DNA from: Terriglobia bacterium | Lineage (GTDB): Bacteria; Acidobacteriota; Terriglobia; Terriglobales; Acidobacteriaceae | DNA length: 64,000 nucleotides | NCBI GenBank assembly: GCA_963732045.1 | Contig: CAVSYI010000008.1 | Coordinates: 63,317 to 127,316 of the forward strand | Reading direction: 5' to 3' | In this document: positions 59,211 to 64,000 of the stretch, in pieces | Layout: each line of letters starts with the position of its first letter | Position numbering within the stretch: the first letter of the stretch is position 1 | Program-made: the position numbers and the translations under genes | The notes under the pieces: generated by a model | The model's input: only the letters and a program-made list of their open reading frames with translations | Told to the model about the DNA's origin: nothing | Database searches by the model: none

Positions 59211-59881
59211 GCACTCCTTTCCAGATCCACACCCGCCGGTTCAACCCGTAGACAATCGCAAGCGTAACGAACGAGATCGCCAGTAATACAAGAGCAGTCG
59301 CATTCGCGCCGGAGTAGTTGACCGCTTGCACCTTGTCGTAGATATCAATCGAAACCGTTCGCGTCACTCCGGGGATGTTCCCTCCCACCATCAACACGAC
59401 CCCAAACTCGCCCATAGTGTGGGCAAAGCTGAGAGCGACCCCGGTCACGAGTCCGGAGAGCGACAGAGGCAAAATGATCCGGAAGAATGTCCTGATCCGG
59501 GAAGCGCCCAGCGTCTGCGACGCCGCCACCAGCCTCGGGTCCACAGCCGAAAACGAAGCGGCGAAGGGCTGCACCGCGAACGGAAAACTGTACAGAATCG
59601 AACCGATCACCAGGCCTTCGAAGGTGAACGCCAGGGTGTGTCCGGTAAGTAGCCTGCCAGCCCCGTCCCAGCGGACTGTGTGGTCCAAGCGCAACCAGCA
59701 CGTAGAAACCCAGCACCGTGGGAGGCAGAACAATGGGCAGGGCAAAGACTGCTTCGACGAGGAATTTCCAGCGCCAGCGCGAGTAGGTGATCCAGAACGC
59801 CACCGGAAGCCCCAGCACGACCAGAATGGCAGCAACCAGTGCGGATAACCGGATCGTGAGCCAGAATGCCTGCCAGTCCAT
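59206..59881 (-). CDS. modB: Molybdate ABC transporter permease, frame-split
   Basis: ORF 59345..59881 (MDWQAFWLTIRLSALVAAILVVLGLPVAFWI...LPPTVLGFYVLVALG) plus ORF 59206..59835 (...SQTLGASRIRTFFRIILPLSLSGLVTGVALSFAHTMGEFGVVLMVGGNIPG, EAA-loop region). 676 nt = 3n+1. Confidence 0.8.
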
Positions 59882-60135
59882 CAGTGCCTTCCTGCTAATT
59901 CGTTTATTCCCGTTCCCAAATTCATCTTAGTAAACTTTTGTAAATGTTTCCCACTTTCCCGTAACTCTCACGCAAGATGTACCATCGAAGATTGGGGCCT
60001 GCGATCCTTGATACAAAGCTAGAGATTCTATCCGTTATCTAAGCTCTTCTTTGGGTTTTTTGACTCCGTCCTACGACATCGTGGAGATAATGCGAGCACG
60101 AACACTTCGGAAGCTAAAAAAGTGAGGACTTCGTT

Positions 60136-61566
60136 TTGAACATACTGAAGCGCTATGGGCTGCTCGTCGGCCTGGTCGTTGTAGCGATAGCCGTCTACGC
60201 CGCTTTTCAGTTCAGAAGTAACGAGCAGCCGAAGTATTTCACGACTAAGGTAGACCGCGGTGAAATTCGCCAGGTGGTGGAAGCCACCGGCACGATAAAT
60301 GCCGTCACCACGGTCCAGGTGGGCTCCCAGGTTTCAGGGACAATTTCTCGTCTCAATGCCGACTTCAACTCGCGGGTAAAAAAAGGACAGGTGGTGGCGC
60401 AGATCGATCCTTCTCTATTTCAAGGATCGCTGCTGCAAGCCAAAGCAGACCTGGCCAATGCGAAAGCCAATGTGGTTGCGTCCCAGGCCAACTACGAAAA
60501 GGCGCAAGCTACCGCGTTGCAGACCCGGACCGACTATGAGCGGACTTCCGGCCTCACCAAAGAAGGCGTGATGAGCCAGCAGCAGTTGGATCTGGCCAAA
60601 GCGAATGCCGATACCGCTGATGCGGCAGTGGCAGCGGCCAAGGCAACCATCACGCAGGCCGTGGCGCAAGTGCAACAGAAGCAGGCGGCCGTCACCGTAG
60701 CCCAGACTAATCTGGACTACACCACGATTCACGCACCCATTGACGGCACGGTGATCGCCCGCAGCGTGGATGTGGGTCAGACTGTCGCAGCTTCGTTGCA
60801 GGCGCCGACGCTGTTCACCATCGCGCAGGACCTCACGAAAATGCAGGTGTATGCCAACACAGACGAGTCGGATGTCGGCATGATCCATACCGGGCAGGTC
60901 GTCACCTTCAAAGTTGACGCATTCCCCAAGGATTCGTTTACCGGCCGGGTCTCTCAGGTGCGATTGAACGCAACCACGGTGCAGAACGTGGTTACCTACA
61001 ACACCATCATCGACTTCGACAATCCAGACCTGAAACTTTTTCCTGGGATGACGGCTTACATCACTCTTCCTGTAGCAGACGCTCCCAACGCGTTGCGCGT
61101 GCCCAATGGAGCGCTACGCTACAAGCCTGACATGCCCGCAGACCAACTGCGTGCCCTATATGCCAAATATGGGTTGAGCTCTGGGCAACGAAATGGATCG
61201 CAGGGGGCAGGCGCGCAAGGGGCGGGATCTCAAGGGTCAAGCACGGCAGGGTCGGGAGACACCGGAGCCGCCGCCAAACAACGGCGCTCGCAAACCGATG
61301 GCGGCCCCGGCGCCGGTGCAGGAGCAGGAGCCGGACAACAGCGAACTCCGCGGGTGGATGTAGCGGTGGTCTGGAAACTCCTTCCAGACAAGACTCTCGA
61401 GCCGGTCAGAATTCGCACCGGCATTACCGACCATACTCTGACCGAAGTCGCGCAGGTGCTAAACGGTCAACTCAGCGAAGGCGACGAATTGATTACTGGA
61501 AGCATCGCAACCCCGGGTTCCGCGCGGGCGCCGGGCATGGGCGGCGCTCAGCAGCGGCCCCGGTAA
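60136..61566 (+). CDS. macA: Efflux transporter periplasmic adaptor (MacA/HlyD family) with Gly/Ala/Gln-rich insertion near C-terminus
   Basis: 476 aa. TM anchor, lipoyl/hairpin pattern (VGSQVSGTISRL...GQVVAQIDPS...coiled coil...YTTIHAPIDGTVIARSVDVGQTV), beta-barrel domain. TTG start. Confidence 0.8.
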   Translation: MNILKRYGLLVGLVVVAIAVYAAFQFRSNEQPKYFTTKVDRGEIRQVVEATGTINAVTTVQVGSQVSGTISRLNADFNSRVKKGQVVAQIDPSLFQGSLLQAKADLANAKANVVASQANYEKAQATALQTRTDYERTSGLTKEGVMSQQQLDLAKANADTADAAVAAAKATITQAVAQVQQKQAAVTVAQTNLDYTTIHAPIDGTVIARSVDVGQTVAASLQAPTLFTIAQDLTKMQVYANTDESDVGMIHTGQVVTFKVDAFPKDSFTGRVSQVRLNATTVQNVVTYNTIIDFDNPDLKLFPGMTAYITLPVADAPNALRVPNGALRYKPDMPADQLRALYAKYGLSSGQRNGSQGAGAQGAGSQGSSTAGSGDTGAAAKQRRSQTDGGPGAGAGAGAGQQRTPRVDVAVVWKLLPDKTLEPVRIRTGITDHTLTEVAQVLNGQLSEGDELITGSIATPGSARAPGMGGAQQRPR

Positions 61567-61571
61567 TACAC

Positions 61572-62357
61572 ATGGCTACGATTCCTAAATCCGCCGTGAA
61601 TCCACCCGTCGACAGCGGCGGGCGAGGGCTGATCCAGATCGAGGATGTACACAAGTACTACGACCTGGGCGAAACCAAGGTGCACGCGCTGCGCGGCGTC
61701 AACGTTCGTATCGAGCGCGGTGAGTTCGTGGCCATCATGGGCGCCAGCGGCAGCGGCAAGTCGACGTTCATGAACATTCTGGGCTGCCTGGACAAACCGA
61801 CCACCGGCCGTTATCTGCTCGAAAATATCGCGGTCTCTGAACTCAGCAAGAAGGAACTGGCAACCATTCGCAATCGCAAAATCGGTTTCGTCTTCCAGGG
61901 ATTCAATCTGCTCTCCCGCACCACGGCCCTTGAAAATGTCGAGCTACCCACGCTGTATGCGCAGATCAGCAAAGAAGAAGGACGCAAGCGTGCCCGCGAG
62001 GCGCTCGAACTGGTTGGACTCGGAGATCGCATGGAGCACTTCCCTTCCCAGCTATCCGGCGGACAGCAGCAGCGGGTTGCGATCGCGCGCGGGCTGGTCA
62101 ATCATCCGTCAATTCTGCTGGCGGACGAACCGACCGGCAATCTCGACAGCCGGACGTCCGTGGAGATTTTGGAAGTTTTTCAGAAACTGAATGATGACGG
62201 ACTGACCATCGTGATGGTGACCCACGAGCCGGACATCGCGGAATTCGCCAAGCGCGGCATACACTTTCGAGATGGGACGATTCGCCGTGACGAGCTGGTA
62301 CAGAACCGGCCCATCGCAGCCGAGGCTCTGAAAAACATGCCCGAGCTTGAGGATTGA
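61572..62357 (+). CDS. macB: ABC transporter ATP-binding protein (MacB/LolD type)
   Basis: 261 aa. Walker A GASGSGKST, LSGGQQQRVAIARGL, ILLADEPTGNLD. Confidence 0.85.
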   Translation: MATIPKSAVNPPVDSGGRGLIQIEDVHKYYDLGETKVHALRGVNVRIERGEFVAIMGASGSGKSTFMNILGCLDKPTTGRYLLENIAVSELSKKELATIRNRKIGFVFQGFNLLSRTTALENVELPTLYAQISKEEGRKRAREALELVGLGDRMEHFPSQLSGGQQQRVAIARGLVNHPSILLADEPTGNLDSRTSVEILEVFQKLNDDGLTIVMVTHEPDIAEFAKRGIHFRDGTIRRDELVQNRPIAAEALKNMPELED

Positions 62358-62373
62358 ACTGAGGATGTGACGT

Positions 62374-63594
62374 ATGGATTTACTGGCCATTATTCGTATC
62401 GCCATGCGGGCGCTGGCTCGCAATAAGCTGCGTTCGATTCTCACCATGCTGGGCATCATCATCGGAGTCGGCGCGGTCATCGCCATGGTCAGCGTGGGCC
62501 AGGGAGCGCAGTTGCAGGCCCAGCAACAGATCGCTGCCATGGGTTCCAACATGTTGTTTGTCCAGTCCGGCACGGTAAACCGGGGCGGAATGCGCATGGG
62601 CTGGGGCGCCACCAAGACACTGGTCTACGACGATATGCTGGCCATCATGCGCGAGTGCCCGTCGGTCGTGGCCGCAGCGCCCGGTAGTCAGGCGTCGGCG
62701 CAGGTCGTCTTTGGAAATGACAATTGGGCCACCAGCATTAACGGAACCGAGCCGCAATATTTCGATATCCGCAGCTGGCCTTTTGCCGAAGGCAGTTCGT
62801 TCACGCAGGACGACGTCAGCACGGCCGCCAACGTGGCCGTCATCGGCGAGACCGTACGCAAGAATCTGTTTGGCGCGACCGATCCGATCGGTCAGACGGT
62901 TCGCATCAATAACTTGTCGTTCAAAATCGTAGGCCTGCTGAATCCAAAAGGGACCTCGGCCGCCATGGGCCAGGACCAGGACGACATCATCATCGTTCCC
63001 ATCACCACGTTGCAAAAGAAAATCACCGGACAAGACTGGCTGCGCTGGATCATGGTCTCCGCTGCCTCGAAGGACGCCAGTTACACCGCGCAGCAACAGA
63101 TTACGGCTTTGCTGCGCGACCGCCATCGCATTCGCACCGCACAGGACGACGACTTCTTCGTCCGCAACCTGGCCGACATGGCTGACCTTGCCGATCAGAA
63201 CGCGCGCCTGTTCACCATTCTGCTGGCGTCGATTGCCAGCATTTCGCTGCTGGTCGGCGGCATCGGCATCATGAACATCATGCTGGTCTCGGTCACCGAG
63301 CGCACGCGCGAGATCGGAATCCGCATGGCGATCGGCGCGACTGAAGGCGACGTGCAGCAACAGTTTCTGATCGAAGCCGTCGTGCTCAGCGTGGTCGGCG
63401 GCGCCATTGGAATTCTGTCGGGCATGGGCGCGTCTTATCTGATTACCCAAACATTGGGATGGCCCGTGCTGGTTTCTCCCACGGCAATTTTGGCCGCGGT
63501 CATATTCTCCATGGCCGTCGGAATTTTCTTCGGCTTCTATCCCGCGAGGAAAGCGGCGCGGCTCGATCCGATTGACGCGCTGAGATACGAGTAG
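62374..63594 (+). CDS. ABC transporter permease (MacB_PCD plus FtsX domains)
   Basis: 406 aa. N-terminal TM, large periplasmic domain, C-terminal FtsX 3-TM bundle (GGIGIMNIMLVSVTERTREIGIRMAIGA...ARKAARLDPIDALRYE). Confidence 0.85.
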   Translation: MDLLAIIRIAMRALARNKLRSILTMLGIIIGVGAVIAMVSVGQGAQLQAQQQIAAMGSNMLFVQSGTVNRGGMRMGWGATKTLVYDDMLAIMRECPSVVAAAPGSQASAQVVFGNDNWATSINGTEPQYFDIRSWPFAEGSSFTQDDVSTAANVAVIGETVRKNLFGATDPIGQTVRINNLSFKIVGLLNPKGTSAAMGQDQDDIIIVPITTLQKKITGQDWLRWIMVSAASKDASYTAQQQITALLRDRHRIRTAQDDDFFVRNLADMADLADQNARLFTILLASIASISLLVGGIGIMNIMLVSVTERTREIGIRMAIGATEGDVQQQFLIEAVVLSVVGGAIGILSGMGASYLITQTLGWPVLVSPTAILAAVIFSMAVGIFFGFYPARKAARLDPIDALRYE

Positions 63595-63595
63595 C

Positions 63596-63837
63596 GGACT
63601 TCGGGCGTCGACTCGGACGTCAGACCTCGGGCGTCGGACCTCGGACTTCAGGACCTTGGAACTCGACTCGGCATCTGCGGATAGCTCCGGAACCGCTGCG
63701 ATCGGCATTAACGCAGGTTGAAAGCGTATGACCAGACCTAGCGGCATTTTTGTGGCTGAGAAGTACTGCCCTTCCTCAAGATGACAGCGCTGTGAAGGAT
63801 CGATCCCGAGGTCCAAGGTCCGACGTCCCAGTCCGCC
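63596..63837. repeat. Composite inverted repeat (cggac/ctcgg units) starting 2 nt after permease stop
   Basis: ggacttcgggcgtcgactcggacgtcagacctcgggcgtcggacctcggacttcaggaccttgg (from 63596) versus cccgaggtccaaggtccgacgtcccagtccgcc (63805-63837). About 140-nt spacer. Confidence 0.45.
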
Positions 63838-64000
63838 TTCGTCAAGTCAACTTTCGTATAGTGCACGACACACCACCTCCGCGTCCCCATTTAGAACTCA
63901 CTGCAGAAAGAAAAGGGGATTCGCTACTGTCCGTCACTGAATGCTGTTGGCCGCGCATGGTAGTCGTGTGTGGGTATGAACTTTTACGTTCGCCTGCACC

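Noticed and set aside
7805-59881. Frame-split genes as genuine pseudogenes (genome decay) or programmed frameshifts.
   Set aside because: Essential genes (carA, carB, lepB) are hit repeatedly. There are no premature in-frame stops or missense decay between junctions. The length signature is a consistent +1, and the inspected junctions lie in G/C runs. An assembly artefact is more parsimonious. I kept this as a finding because it needs read-level confirmation.

Overview
GC-rich chromosomal segment, probably from a soil Acidobacteriota-like diderm; this is inferred from protein families and intergenic hairpin style, with no search run.

Content, left to right:
- Partial GH1 beta-glucosidase, STAS/pseudo-receiver, ExeA-like AAA+::OmpA fusion, methyltransferase, coiled-coil porin, tRNA-Ala(CGC), TonB-like, ribA, rhodanese.
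- A minus-strand CoA-thioester operon: CoA-transferase B/A, BoxB-like diiron oxygenase, enoyl-CoA hydratase, DapA-family enzyme, SnoaL-like cyclase.
- carB, carA, lepB and a LolA-like protein.
- A type IV filament/T2SS-like cluster: gspF, gspE, pilM, pilN, pilO, a PilP-like protein and an atypical pseudopilin.
- ArnT-like glycosyltransferase, DUF3467, TAT amine oxidase and an unknown outer-membrane protein (OMP).
- A tRNA-Leu(UAG) hot spot.
- ECF sigma, TPR protein, ClC channel, gamma-glutamyltransferase (GGT).
- An accessory hydrolase cluster: serine beta-lactamase-like protein, DinB, alpha/beta hydrolase, B3 metallo-beta-lactamase.
- TonB-like, STAS, DUF1259, erpA, modBC and a MacAB-type efflux system.

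Main observations:
1. One tRNA-Leu(UAG) gene is present as three pieces. Nt 1-39 lie at 35240, nt 1-25 at 38520 and nt 26-86 at 43618. This implies a 3.2-kb island on the 5' side of the tRNA, carrying a truncated integrase next to the tRNA. A 5.07-kb phage-like ORFan insert then sits exactly between nt 25 and 26, with no target duplication, terminal repeats or recombinase.
2. At least ten composite hairpins have arms that are tandem 7-10-nt units. Most start within about 10 nt of a stop codon.
3. A roughly 370-nt non-coding, structure-rich tract ends in a strong intrinsic terminator between lepB and lolA. It is a candidate ncRNA.
4. About 19 genes, including essential carA, carB and lepB, are split by single-base indels, mostly net +1. 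The two I checked are in G/C runs, so assembly error is more likely than real decay.

No CRISPR array, rRNA or recognisable transposase was seen.
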